IMG/VR virus record: IMGVR_UViG_3300043411_000715
Coordinates: 5,492-69,491 of that record
Source of the DNA: a virus
Direction: 5' to 3' (one strand)
Length of the DNA stretch: 64,000 nt
The notes beneath the pieces were generated by a model, which was not told the DNA's origin, made no database searches, and saw nothing but the letters and a program-made list of their open reading frames with translations. Below, in pieces: positions 23,476 through 32,195 of the stretch. The stretch's first letter is position 1. Each line of letters begins with the position of its first letter. The position numbers and the translations under genes were made by a program.

Positions 23476-25320
23476 TCATGCTGCCTCCAGCTCGCCGCGC
23501 ATGGCGTCGGTAGCGCACCGGACAATGGCCTGGCAAAGCTGCTCGAACTGAGACTGGCTGTACAACTTTGCGGCCTTCTTCGTCGCCAGCGGCTCGATGC
23601 CGAATTCGGCCAGGCCGGCTGCGCTGATGCTGATCGGGTGCAGGCGCTCGTTGATGGCGCCGAGGGTAAGGGTAGGAGCTTCATCGGCCGCATCGCCAGT
23701 TGCCGCAGCGTTAGCAATGCCAGCGGCCACAGGCGCGGCAGCGGTCGGTGCAGGTGCAATGGGCTTTCCCGGCGTGGCCTCTTTTTCTCGTTCGATCGCT
23801 TCCAGTGCTCGCGTTACGGCTGGTTTGGCGGCTTCGGCCAGGATTCGCTCGCGCCGAGCCGCTGCTTCGCGCTCGGCCGCTTCCGCTTGAGCCTTCTGTT
23901 GCTCCTCGGCCCGAATGCGCGCCCGCTCGGCTTCGGCCTTGGCCTCGGCGGCGGCATGGGCCTTGCGTTCTTCCTCCTGGCGGATGCGCTCGCGTTCGGC
24001 CTCGATGCGAGCCGCCTCGGCATCCACCCGCTTTTGCATCAGCAGCTCCAGCGTCTCGGCGTCCTTGTAGGCCAGCTCCTGCCGATCGGCAAAAAGGTGG
24101 GCGTACTGCGGCACGCTGTCCAGCGTTTTCAGGTTGTTGATGATCCGGATGGCGATGGTGTTGGCCTCGGCCCTGCCGGCGATCAGCGCGGCGGTCAGCT
24201 TGTCGTCGATGCTGGACAGGCTGCTCAGGCCCTTGATGGCCGCGCCGAAATCCGGCATGGGCACATTCAGGAGAACGCCCTTGATGTCCAGCTGGCAGGC
24301 GGCGACATGCTTGTCAAACGCCTGGCGCGCCGCCACGACTTTCTCGGTGCGGCGCGCGTCCTTCTCGGCCTTGACCAGCTTCTCGGTGGCCAGCCGGGTG
24401 GATCGTGCCAGCTCTTTCAGGTCGGCCACGGTGCGGCGCATTACTTCCACGTCGCTGATCTGCGCCAGTGCGCCGTCCTCGGCCTGGGCGAGCGCGTCCT
24501 CGGCTTTGCGCAGCGCCTTGCACGCGGCCTCAGCATCTGCGAACTGCTGATCGGTGGCGGGCCTGGCCGGGATGCGCTCGATGAATGCGCGCAGGGCCTG
24601 CCCGAAGGCGGGCAGGTTGCCGGCGACCGTGAGGGCGCCTTGCACCTGCACCACCACGGCGGGCAGGCTTTCCATGGGCGCGGCCACGGCCTGGGCGGGG
24701 CGCTCGGCTGCTGGGTTGTAGGCGGCTACGTCCTGCTCAAACTGCGCCCAGCCAGTAACCAGGCGCTGGCGCATATCGGGGTCTGGCGTGTACCAGCAGT
24801 GGCGCCCTTCGCTGATTTCGTCGCCGTCCAAACTTGCCGCCGTGAACAGGATGCGCTCGCAGCCCGAAACCATGGCCTGCTGCTCAAGCTGCGCACGATA
24901 GTGCTCGGGCAACTGGTGGCCGCTTTCCGGGATGCCGTCAAGTCGATTCGGGATGGCGTCGCGCAGCGCGGCGTTGAGTGTTTTGCACTCCCATGCTGTG
25001 TCGCCCTCGAATGTCAGGCCGTCGAAGCTGGCGCTGTACTTGCCATCGGCCAGCACCAGCGGGGCCAGTTCTTCACCGATGATCTGCTCGGCCAACGGGC
25101 GGGCAAGTGCCTCGATGCGGTGGCCATCGGCAAAGCGGCGCGCGGTGGCCGCGTCAATCTCGGCGTCAACGATGCCGGTGGCCACTTCGTGCAGCAGCGC
25201 TTGGCGGGTTTTGTAGGGGCTGCAGCCCAGCATGGCGGGGGCGTCGCTGGCGTTGAAGTGCTCGCGCCGGTGCTGGTGCCAGGCGGCACTGCCTTGTTCG
25301 TGGTTGATGACTTGTCGCAT
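23476..25320 (-). CDS. YqaJ/lambda-Exo-like recombination exonuclease with long coiled-coil C-terminus (copy 1)
   Basis: 'QGSAAWHQHR...ASDAPAMLG', 'ASFDG', 'WECK', 'QLEQQ'. Confidence 0.9.
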   Translation of the reverse strand: MRQVINHEQGSAAWHQHRREHFNASDAPAMLGCSPYKTRQALLHEVATGIVDAEIDAATARRFADGHRIEALARPLAEQIIGEELAPLVLADGKYSASFDGLTFEGDTAWECKTLNAALRDAIPNRLDGIPESGHQLPEHYRAQLEQQAMVSGCERILFTAASLDGDEISEGRHCWYTPDPDMRQRLVTGWAQFEQDVAAYNPAAERPAQAVAAPMESLPAVVVQVQGALTVAGNLPAFGQALRAFIERIPARPATDQQFADAEAACKALRKAEDALAQAEDGALAQISDVEVMRRTVADLKELARSTRLATEKLVKAEKDARRTEKVVAARQAFDKHVAACQLDIKGVLLNVPMPDFGAAIKGLSSLSSIDDKLTAALIAGRAEANTIAIRIINNLKTLDSVPQYAHLFADRQELAYKDAETLELLMQKRVDAEAARIEAERERIRQEEERKAHAAAEAKAEAERARIRAEEQQKAQAEAAEREAAARRERILAEAAKPAVTRALEAIEREKEATPGKPIAPAPTAAAPVAAGIANAAATGDAADEAPTLTLGAINERLHPISISAAGLAEFGIEPLATKKAAKLYSQSQFEQLCQAIVRCATDAMRGELEAA

Positions 25321-25331
25321 GGTGGTTCCTT

Positions 25332-26324
25332 TCAGGCGAAGCTGGCTTGGGTGTCTTCGTAGATTGCGGTGAGTTCCTGCCGATGCTGCGGGTTCTCGAC
25401 CGCGCCGATCAGGGTGGCGATCTCGTCCAGCTCATCCAAGTTGGCGGCGTTTTGCAGGCGCCCGGCCAGGCCGGCATAGGTGACGGTGGGCGCGGCCTCG
25501 GTCTTTGGCTGCACGTCCTGGACTTCATCGGCGGGCGGCACGGCCTTGACGGACAGCAGCCGGGCTTTCTGCTCTTCAGTGAAGGGCTCGCCTCGGGTGG
25601 CGGCGAAGTCGATGTAGTCCTTGGCGCTCTTGCGGCCCTGCTGGATGGTTTCAGCCCACTTTGGCAGGTTGTGGTCGAACTTGGCGGGGTCGTAGAACTT
25701 GACCGGTGCGGGTGCTGGCTGCACCACGTCAGCCGGCCCCATGTGCTTCTCGGTCGCATCAACGATGCGCTCGGCCTCGTCCTGGTCGTAGATGCCGCCA
25801 TAGCCGAAGGCCAGGCGAGCGCACTGGATCATGGACTTGTGACGCAGGAAACGCTTGGTGTGCGTCTGCCAGGGGCCGGTCACCTCGCCGTACTTGCCCT
25901 TGAAGGGCGCGCGGTACACCTCGTCCAGGTATTCGCGCACCACAATGGGCCGGCTGCGGTCCTTGCGGTAGATGTGGCACTCGATCCACTCGGGCGCTGG
26001 CTTGCCACCGGGCATCGTCACAAGTTTGTCGGCGTGGTGAAACTCGATGCCGTCGAACTGAGGATGCGAGTTGATGATGCGGCTCCAGCCGTCCACCCCG
26101 ACCACGGGCACGATGCCGTTGTTCTTGTCGGGGAAGGCATAGATTTCCTTCGTCCAGGGGTTGAGGCCGTACTGATTGGCCACCACCAGCAGCGCGGTCA
26201 TTTGCGCGTCGGTCACTTCGCCCTTGAAGGCGGTGGCCTTTAGGGTTTCAATCAGACCTTCGCCGTCGCCCATGTCGAGTTTGGTGGCGAGGGTTTGGGT
26301 GAGGGTGGTGAGGGCGTTGGTCAT
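25332..26324 (-). CDS. bet: Phage recombination protein Bet (lambda-like ssDNA annealing protein)
   Basis: 'LVVANQYGLNPWTKEIYAFPDK..GIVPVVGVDGWSRIIN.HPQFDG', 'RFLRHK..IQCARLAFG'. Confidence 0.92.
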   Translation of the reverse strand: MTNALTTLTQTLATKLDMGDGEGLIETLKATAFKGEVTDAQMTALLVVANQYGLNPWTKEIYAFPDKNNGIVPVVGVDGWSRIINSHPQFDGIEFHHADKLVTMPGGKPAPEWIECHIYRKDRSRPIVVREYLDEVYRAPFKGKYGEVTGPWQTHTKRFLRHKSMIQCARLAFGYGGIYDQDEAERIVDATEKHMGPADVVQPAPAPVKFYDPAKFDHNLPKWAETIQQGRKSAKDYIDFAATRGEPFTEEQKARLLSVKAVPPADEVQDVQPKTEAAPTVTYAGLAGRLQNAANLDELDEIATLIGAVENPQHRQELTAIYEDTQASFA

Positions 26325-26337
26325 GATGTTTCCTTGG

Positions 26338-26550
26338 TCATTTGTGCCCACTGGCCGCCAGCAGCGCCAGCGCCTGGGCTTGGTGGATTTTGGCCCGAGC
26401 CTGTTGCTGGGCGTCGCGCAGGTCGGCGGCGGTGTCCTGCAGCGCCTCGGTGTCGCTGGGGCCGGGCATCAGCCACATCCCCAGCACAAACGCCAGCACG
26501 CACAGAATCAGGGTGAGCCAGACGGCCCAGTGGTCGGCGCGCTCGGTCAT
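26338..26550 (-). CDS. Small membrane protein (paralog of 60582-60788)
   Basis: One TM segment; near-identical copy in early region 2. Confidence 0.7.
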   Translation of the reverse strand: MTERADHWAVWLTLILCVLAFVLGMWLMPGPSDTEALQDTAADLRDAQQQARAKIHQAQALALLAASGHK

Positions 26551-27164
26551 GGCTTGATCCTCTTGAATTCGACGATCCATACCCATGGATTGGCGTCCCA
26601 TGAGCCGGGGCCGTTGATGGACTGCCAAAGCGCCTGGAAGTCGCAGCGCGGCGTAGCACGGCGCATTTCATCCAGGATGGCGGATACCCCCTCGGCAAGC
26701 GCATCCGCTTCGCTGATGTCCTGCAGCCGCTCCACGCGCACGCCAGTCACCTCAAGGGTTATGCGGCTGGCCCAGCGGGGCATGTGGATGCTGGGGCGCC
26801 ATCGGGGCGGAGGTTCGTGGCCCTCCGGAACTGTGGCGGCGTATTCGATCCAGCCACGCGACGGATGCGGCTCGGTCATGATTCGCAGGGCAAGTTCGTT
26901 GCCGTCGATGGCCTGCCAAGTCTCACGCACCCACAGCTGATCGCCGGGCGCCCCGTAGGGGCACTCGGCCAAGATTCTTTCGCGCGCATTCGGCCACAGC
27001 CAGAAGCCGTCGCCTTGGCGCTTTTTGAATCCCAGCATGTTGCCGATCTGCTCAATGTTGCGGCGCTCGGGCTGCGGCTTCACAACCCGCCGCGTTTGAC
27101 TCTTCGATCCGCTCAGGATTGCTCTGACCATCGGCGCGGAAAACAAAATTGGCCTTTCACGCAC
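26547..27164 (-). CDS. ASCH/PUA-like phage protein
   Basis: 'RPILFSAPMVRAIL.G.K.QTRR', 'WRPSIHMPRWASRITLE', 'NPWVWIVEF'. Confidence 0.85.
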   Translation of the reverse strand: MRERPILFSAPMVRAILSGSKSQTRRVVKPQPERRNIEQIGNMLGFKKRQGDGFWLWPNARERILAECPYGAPGDQLWVRETWQAIDGNELALRIMTEPHPSRGWIEYAATVPEGHEPPPRWRPSIHMPRWASRITLEVTGVRVERLQDISEADALAEGVSAILDEMRRATPRCDFQALWQSINGPGSWDANPWVWIVEFKRIKP

Positions 27165-27203
27165 GGCGGGCCTCCTGAGATTGATGGGGGCAAACGCCGC
27201 CGT

Positions 27204-27341
27204 TCATGGCAGCGCCCTCCAGCGAGGCCCCAGCGCGCGCACCTGGCGAACCCACTGACGGATGTTGTGACGCTGGGTGTGGCGCGGCGTGAGGTCGTTG
27301 CAAAACAGGCGGCGGGCCTGGGTCAAGCGGGTGGTGTTCAT
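27204..27341 (-). CDS. Small basic hypothetical protein
   Basis: AGGAG RBS, ATGA coupling. Confidence 0.55.
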   Translation of the reverse strand: MNTTRLTQARRLFCNDLTPRHTQRHNIRQWVRQVRALGPRWRALP

Positions 27342-27613
27342 TCGATCGACTCCTGAACGTAGGTTTTCAGACGCAGCAGGGCGCGCACGCCGGGCGCGCA
27401 GGTGGCCAGCTGGGCATTGGCCTCTTGCCAGGCGCGCGCCTCGCCCCGCAGGTCGCCGCTGCGCCAGGTGGCGCAGTCCAGCATCTCCAGCGTGAGGTTG
27501 ATGTCGTCGGCGGCGGCCATGGCATCGGGGTGGCCGCAGCTGGCGGTGGCCAGCAGCACGTTGACGGTGCGCGCCGCACGGTCGGCCAGCCAGGCGCGGT
27601 GCAGGGCGCTCAT
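27338..27613 (-). CDS. Hypothetical protein
   Basis: N-terminus 'MSA.HRAWLAD.A' shared with 61671-61889. Confidence 0.65.
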   Translation of the reverse strand: MSALHRAWLADRAARTVNVLLATASCGHPDAMAAADDINLTLEMLDCATWRSGDLRGEARAWQEANAQLATCAPGVRALLRLKTYVQESIE

Positions 27614-27819
27614 CAGAACTCCTGGTGTTGAAGTTCGAGGCGCTCGGCCTCACGCTGGCGCCGCTGCTCGTACAGCTCGGTGCGCCGGTTGAAAAACTGC
27701 GGGTCGCGCGCCGGGCCGGCCAGGTAGCGGTCGGCTTCCAGTAGCTGCGCTTCGGTGAAGGCGTCGGGTGGCGCGAATGGCGCAAGCGCGGCGGCGAAGG
27801 CGGGGTGCAGGTTGTTCAT
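27613..27819 (-). CDS. Hypothetical protein
   Basis: 'MN.LHPAF.AALAPFAPP' shared with 61886-62095. Confidence 0.65.
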   Translation of the reverse strand: MNNLHPAFAAALAPFAPPDAFTEAQLLEADRYLAGPARDPQFFNRRTELYEQRRQREAERLELQHQEF

Positions 27820-27829
27820 CTCCATCTCC

Positions 27830-28204
27830 TTAATTGAGCGTGCTGTAACCACGGCCAGACATGCAGCGCAGCACCACGGCGCGCTGGTTTGCCTCGCCTG
27901 CGCCAGCTCCTTGCAGCCCACCAGCGACAGCTCCTGCAGCAGCCCAGCGGCCATGCCCACCGCCGCCCAGGATGGCGCTCAGCACGCCCATGACAATTGC
28001 GCCGCCCACCGCGCCCGCGACAGCGCCGTCACCAGCGCCTGCCGCGCGCTGGGCGTACTGCTGGCAATCAGCCAGGTCTTGCTCGTACACGCCTATGCGC
28101 GTGCCGGTGTCGACCATGGGGCGGTAGTTCGCGCCTCCGGGTGATGTGGCGCAGCCGGCCAGCAGGGCGATGGCTGCGGCAGCGGCGATGGTTTTGATCC
28201 GCAT
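27830..28204 (-). CDS. Glycine-zipper lipoprotein (copy 1)
   Basis: Lipobox LAGC, Gly-zipper, 'CMSGRGY'. Confidence 0.85.
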   Translation of the reverse strand: MRIKTIAAAAAIALLAGCATSPGGANYRPMVDTGTRIGVYEQDLADCQQYAQRAAGAGDGAVAGAVGGAIVMGVLSAILGGGGHGRWAAAGAVAGGLQGAGAGEANQRAVVLRCMSGRGYSTLN

Positions 28205-28410
28205 CTGTCTCTCCTTGATTGGTTGATGGTCCCCGTCTTTCCGGGGTGTCACCACTGAGTTCCCATGTCCCTGGCCGGTGGTTGGCCGCGGTTAGCGCTG
28301 CATGGTGGAGGGCAAGATCGGCTGTAGGCTCGCCGCTTGCATGAGCAGGGTTTCCACCCTGTGCCTACTCTCACAAATCGTTGGCCCCGGCACTGCCGGG
28401 GAGTGGGGGG

Positions 28411-28593
28411 TTACAGCGCGGCTTTGGCCTTGCGCCGCACTTCGGGATTGGTGTCCAGCATGGACGGCTTGCCGATGCGCTTGGCATGTTTTTCATGCGG
28501 CGGTGCCAGCCGGTCCCACGCCTCCATCACAAGGTCGGCGTACTTGCGCCTATCGTTCTGCTTACGGCGTGCGGCGAGATCCGTGACTTTCAT
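28411..28593 (-). CDS. Small basic hypothetical protein (paralog of 62831-63010)
   Basis: Shared 'KRIGKPS.LDT.P.VRRKAK.AL'. Confidence 0.7.
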   Translation of the reverse strand: MKVTDLAARRKQNDRRKYADLVMEAWDRLAPPHEKHAKRIGKPSMLDTNPEVRRKAKAAL

Positions 28594-28874
28594 GCCGCCA
28601 CCAGCCGCTGCGGGCTCCAGCCGTTGCGCTCCTTCCATGCGGCAGATGCGCTGGCGCGCTTGCCGATGGACAGCACGGCATCAGGACTGAGCTTGTGGCG
28701 CTTGCCTTGGTACACCTGGCGCATCAGCTTCGATGCGCAGATGCAGCCGACGTTGAATTCCTCGCCGTGCTCATTCGTGACAGCCACGGCGCGCGTGAGA
28801 TTCGTTTTGCCGCAGCAGTCGCAGACCGGGTAGTCCGTGCTGCCAGTGACCGTGAAAGACTGGCCTTCGATCAT
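28590..28874 (-). CDS. Zn-binding hypothetical protein, first clear gene of leftward operon 1
   Basis: CDCC..CIC motifs; AGGAGA RBS; paralog at 63007-63300. Confidence 0.75.
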   Translation of the reverse strand: MIEGQSFTVTGSTDYPVCDCCGKTNLTRAVAVTNEHGEEFNVGCICASKLMRQVYQGKRHKLSPDAVLSIGKRASASAAWKERNGWSPQRLVAA

Positions 28875-29295
28875 TTATCTCTCCTGTGTGTGGTGGGGGT
28901 TGAAAACCTCAGCCGCCTGTCACGCGGCTCAGGTTTTGCCCCTGTTCCCAGGGGCTTCGCGGACATCACCCGGCGTTGCCGGCTCCCGCTGCCCACTGGC
29001 TGGGCTTTGCTGATCAACATCAGTGCCGTGTCCACGCGACTTCCAATCCCCACCTGGGGCAGTCGCGTTCCACCGGCTTGCTGCTCTAGGCTGCCGGCCC
29101 CATCACCCGCTGCTCTCGTCGCGGTTCACGCCCTGCCATCAGAGGCCCGGGAAGTTGGCTTTTTAAGGATCGTCGGGCTCGGCTCGATCGCTTGGCCCGG
29201 TGCCGCTTCGGAGAACATCTCCTGCACCCCCTCCCGCTTCCGCTCGGTTCGCCCCGGTATCGCTAGGGCTGGGTGGTTTTGCTGCGTTAGGGTGT

Positions 29296-29393
29296 AATGT
29301 AAGCGCGCTAACGCAATCTGTCAAGTGCGCTAACCGAATAATTTAAAATTCACTGTCAGTGTGCTTGCGCATTGACTGTAAGGGTGCTAACAT
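29296..29393. promoter_or_regulatory. Back-to-back sigma70 promoters pL1/pR1 with operator-like repeats
   Basis: Minus: TTGACA(29324-19)-N17-TACATT; plus: TTGCGC(29365-70)-N17-TAACAT; repeats GTAAGCGCGCTAAC, TCAAGTGCGCTAAC, GTAAGGGTGCTAAC. Confidence 0.8.
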
Positions 29394-29401
29394 AGGCGCC
29401 C

Positions 29402-29620
29402 ATGAGAAAGCAACAAGCCATCAACTTGCTTGGCGGGTCGGTATCCGGGGCGGCTGAAGCCATAGGCGTCAACAGTCAGGCTATATCGCAATGGCCCGAC
29501 GATCTGCCGCGACGTCTGGTTGACCGCGTGATCGCCGCGCTCGTCCGCCTTGGGAAAGATATTCCAGACGAATTGCGCACCACCCCCACCCCCCAAGAGA
29601 CAAGCGGGGAGGTGACGTAA
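29402..29620 (+). CDS. cro: Cro-like repressor
   Basis: 'MRKQQAINLLGGSVSGAAEAIGVNSQAISQWPD'. Confidence 0.85.
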   Translation: MRKQQAINLLGGSVSGAAEAIGVNSQAISQWPDDLPRRLVDRVIAALVRLGKDIPDELRTTPTPQETSGEVT

Positions 29621-29673
29621 GTGCCCACCCAACAAGTTGACTCCAGCGTCGGGCACCAACCCGCCGTGGTTTG

Positions 29674-29705
29674 CCCGCTGGCCTTCGGGCCGGTGGGCTT
29701 TTTTG
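29674..29705 (+). terminator. tR1-like intrinsic terminator
   Basis: GC stem with TTCG loop followed by a T run. Confidence 0.7.
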
Positions 29706-29719
29706 CAAAGGATTGGTCG

Positions 29720-30220
29720 ATGCAGATTCCACTCGGTCACGGGCGTTTTGCTGAGATTGATGAAGACGTTTTTTGCTTGGTACAGCAATACAAGTGGCGT
29801 CTTCTCGGTGGCCCGAATGCACGCTGGCATTACGCCGCCGCCACCACAAACAATAACGGCAAGCGTTCCGTTGTGCTGATGCATCGGCTCATCGCAGGAG
29901 CTGGAGCTGGAAGCGTCGTTGACCACGCGGACGGAGATGGTCTGAATAACAGACGATCGAATATCCGGGTTTGCACGCACGCAGAGAACATGAGAAATAG
30001 GTCTGTTGCATCGTCGAACGCGCTTGGAATTCTCAATGTTTATGCAGAGACTCGTTTGAACCGATCGACTCTCTATGTGGTTCAGGTAGTAACGAACGGG
30101 GAGAGGGTTCGCCGTCGTTTTAAGAGCATGGATGACGCAATTCGCGCTGCGCAGCGCATGCGTGCCGAAGCCCATGGCGAGTTTGCAACACATCAGTTCC
30201 GCACAACGCGATTTTCCTAA
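29720..30220 (+). CDS. HNH homing endonuclease (HNH-AP2-like)
   Basis: 'MHRLI...VVDHADGDGLNNRRSNIRVCTHAEN..N'; lower GC. Confidence 0.9.
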   Translation: MQIPLGHGRFAEIDEDVFCLVQQYKWRLLGGPNARWHYAAATTNNNGKRSVVLMHRLIAGAGAGSVVDHADGDGLNNRRSNIRVCTHAENMRNRSVASSNALGILNVYAETRLNRSTLYVVQVVTNGERVRRRFKSMDDAIRAAQRMRAEAHGEFATHQFRTTRFS

Positions 30221-30223
30221 GCC

Positions 30224-30436
30224 ATGGCCGAAAAAACAGAGTTGCGCTTTGAGATGTCCGCATCTGAGTTGGCCGTGCTCGATGGCTACTGCAACGCGAC
30301 GGGTCGCGCGCGCACCGACGTAATGCGCGAGATGCTGGCCAAGTGGAGCGCTGAAAAGCTGCATGAGTCCACTGTGATTTGCCGCGTGGCGGGCGTCAAT
30401 CCGCTGGCAGCGGACTCCTTTGGAGCGGACTCCTGA
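30224..30436 (+). CDS. Ribbon-helix-helix/CII-like regulator
   Basis: 'TELRFEM...LAVLDGYC.A.GR.RTDVMRE.L'; position after cro. Confidence 0.6.
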   Translation: MAEKTELRFEMSASELAVLDGYCNATGRARTDVMREMLAKWSAEKLHESTVICRVAGVNPLAADSFGADS

Positions 30437-30762
30437 TGGGCGGGCGCGATGTGTTCGGCTGGCAGCTTTCTCAGTTGCGCCGCATGGCCGGCGATGCATA
30501 TCAGCGCCGCCCGCGCATTGCCTTCAACCCCAAGCCGGCCGGCTCGATGCAGCACGGCTCTTACACGCACCGCGCGCTGCTGGTGCTGCGCGAGGCCCGC
30601 GGCAACTGGATCAGCTATGGCGAGCTGCTGGAGCGCATGGGCGAGCGCAAGGGCCGGTCAATTCACTGGGCGCTGGCGCTGCTCATCGAGCGGGGCTCGA
30701 TCGAGTGCTCGAACGCCGACTGCCGCAATCCGCGATACGCGATGTACCGAGCGAAGGGGTGA
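30436..30762 (+). CDS. Hypothetical winged-helix-like protein
   Basis: Coupled ORF. Confidence 0.6.
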   Translation: MGGRDVFGWQLSQLRRMAGDAYQRRPRIAFNPKPAGSMQHGSYTHRALLVLREARGNWISYGELLERMGERKGRSIHWALALLIERGSIECSNADCRNPRYAMYRAKG

Positions 30763-30766
30763 CTGC

Positions 30767-30997
30767 ATGAGCACCGAACCAAAAACATTGTCACCGGCCG
30801 ATCAGGAGCGCGAGCTGCGCATCCAGGCCGAGGGCTTGCTGATGCAAGCCGAGATGCTGGCCTGGGAGCGCACGGGATACCTTGGCGCGCGTGCTGGGGC
30901 GGACTATCACCGCATGCGCATGGAGCAGCTGATTGCCGAGCGATCGCCGGAGGCGGTGGCGCGGATGGAAGACGCGAGGGGGCTGCCTCATGCGTGA
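30767..30997 (+). CDS. Hypothetical protein
   Basis: Coupled ORF. Confidence 0.6.
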   Translation: MSTEPKTLSPADQERELRIQAEGLLMQAEMLAWERTGYLGARAGADYHRMRMEQLIAERSPEAVARMEDARGLPHA

Positions 30998-31793
30998 CTA
31001 CGGCAAGGTCTACAGCACGTTCTGGTCAAGCCAGACGACGGGCAGCATGTCGGACGACGCAAAGCTGCTGGCCCTGTACCTGATGAGCTGTCCTCACAGC
31101 ACCATCGCGGGCGTGTTCCGGTTGCCCGATGGGTATGTTTCGGAAGACCTCGGTTGGCCTTTGGAAAGGGTTGCGAAAGGGTTTGCGGAACTGTTCGACA
31201 ATGGTTTCGCCAACCGTTGCGAAACCACGAAATGGGTGTGGATTCGCAAGCATTTGGAGTGGAACAAACCGGAAAACCCGAACCAGCGCAAGTCGGCCGC
31301 CAAGATTGCCCTGTCGATACCCATCGAATGCGGATGGAAGCGTGAGTTCATGCGGGTTTGCGGCGAAGTGCTCGCTCTCCCATCTGTCGATGAACCGAAC
31401 CCTTCCGAAACCCTTCCGAAAGGGTTTCGTAACCAGGAACAGGAACAGGAACAGGAACAGGAAGAAGGTAGCGCCGACCTCTTGGTCGAGGTCGCCGCCG
31501 ACGTTCCGCCGCCGGTCGCAGTCGCGCTGATCCCGCTGAACGACGGAACCGAGTTCTCGGTGACGGAGGCGATGGTGGCCGAGTGGGATCAGGCGTTTCC
31601 GGCGGTGGACGTGCCGCAGAAGCTGCGCGAAATCCGGGCATGGTGCCTGGCGAATCCCGGACGACGAAAAACGCGCCGTGGCGTTGCGGCGTTCATAAAC
31701 CGCTGGCTGGGCAAGGAGCAGGACTCGGGGCGCGGTGCGTTTGCGCGCCCGCTGGCCGCCCAGCAGGACTCCGCGCTTGGGAGCTTTGTCTGA
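30990..31793 (+). CDS. Phage replication initiator (O-like)
   Basis: 'MRDYGKV...FW..AKLLALYLMSCPH'; internal iteron-like repeats; precedes the helicase. Confidence 0.8.
   Translation: MRDYGKVYSTFWSSQTTGSMSDDAKLLALYLMSCPHSTIAGVFRLPDGYVSEDLGWPLERVAKGFAELFDNGFANRCETTKWVWIRKHLEWNKPENPNQRKSAAKIALSIPIECGWKREFMRVCGEVLALPSVDEPNPSETLPKGFRNQEQEQEQEQEEGSADLLVEVAADVPPPVAVALIPLNDGTEFSVTEAMVAEWDQAFPAVDVPQKLREIRAWCLANPGRRKTRRGVAAFINRWLGKEQDSGRGAFARPLAAQQDSALGSFV
31164..31466. repeat. Iteron-like repeats (GAAAGGGTT/AACCCTT) and (CAGGAA)n: probable replication origin
   Basis: GAAAGGGTTGCGAAAGGGTT at ~31164; AACCCTTCCGAAACCCTTCCGAAAGGGTT at ~31398; CAGGAA tandem 31434-31463. Confidence 0.6.
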
Positions 31794-32194
31794 TGAGCCT
31801 GGACGCCCTGCGCTCGATCCGACGCCAGCGGCTGCGCCCGCCGGAAGTTTTCCTGGTGACGCGCGAATGCCCGCGGCCCGACTGGCGCTGGAAGCGGGAC
31901 GACCCGCAGGCGCTGTGGCTGTCGCCGCGGCGCGACCTGCGCGCCTACGACCTGCGCGCGATCGTCGGCCTGCCGGTGACGGCGCTGGTGGGCGACTTGG
32001 AGCGCGAGCGGACGGGCGTGGTCGATGTCGTGGCGGAGGCCGGCGGGGTGCTGGTGGGCGTGGCCGATGCGTTCCGCGCCGAGGTGACGGACGCGCATCC
32101 GTGGGCCAGATACGCCGATTTGCTGGGGCCGGACTGGCGCGCCCAGGTGGCGCCGGTGCTGCTGGCTTTTCACTATTGTTTTTGGAGCAACTGA
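31793..32194 (+). CDS. Hypothetical protein
   Basis: Coupled ORF between initiator and helicase. Confidence 0.6.
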   Translation: MSLDALRSIRRQRLRPPEVFLVTRECPRPDWRWKRDDPQALWLSPRRDLRAYDLRAIVGLPVTALVGDLERERTGVVDVVAEAGGVLVGVADAFRAEVTDAHPWARYADLLGPDWRAQVAPVLLAFHYCFWSN

Positions 32195-32195
32195 C

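Noticed and set aside
31434-31463. (CAGGAA)n microsatellite as a phase-variation switch
   Set aside because: Hexamer unit keeps frame (QEQEQE), a common feature of phage replication initiators
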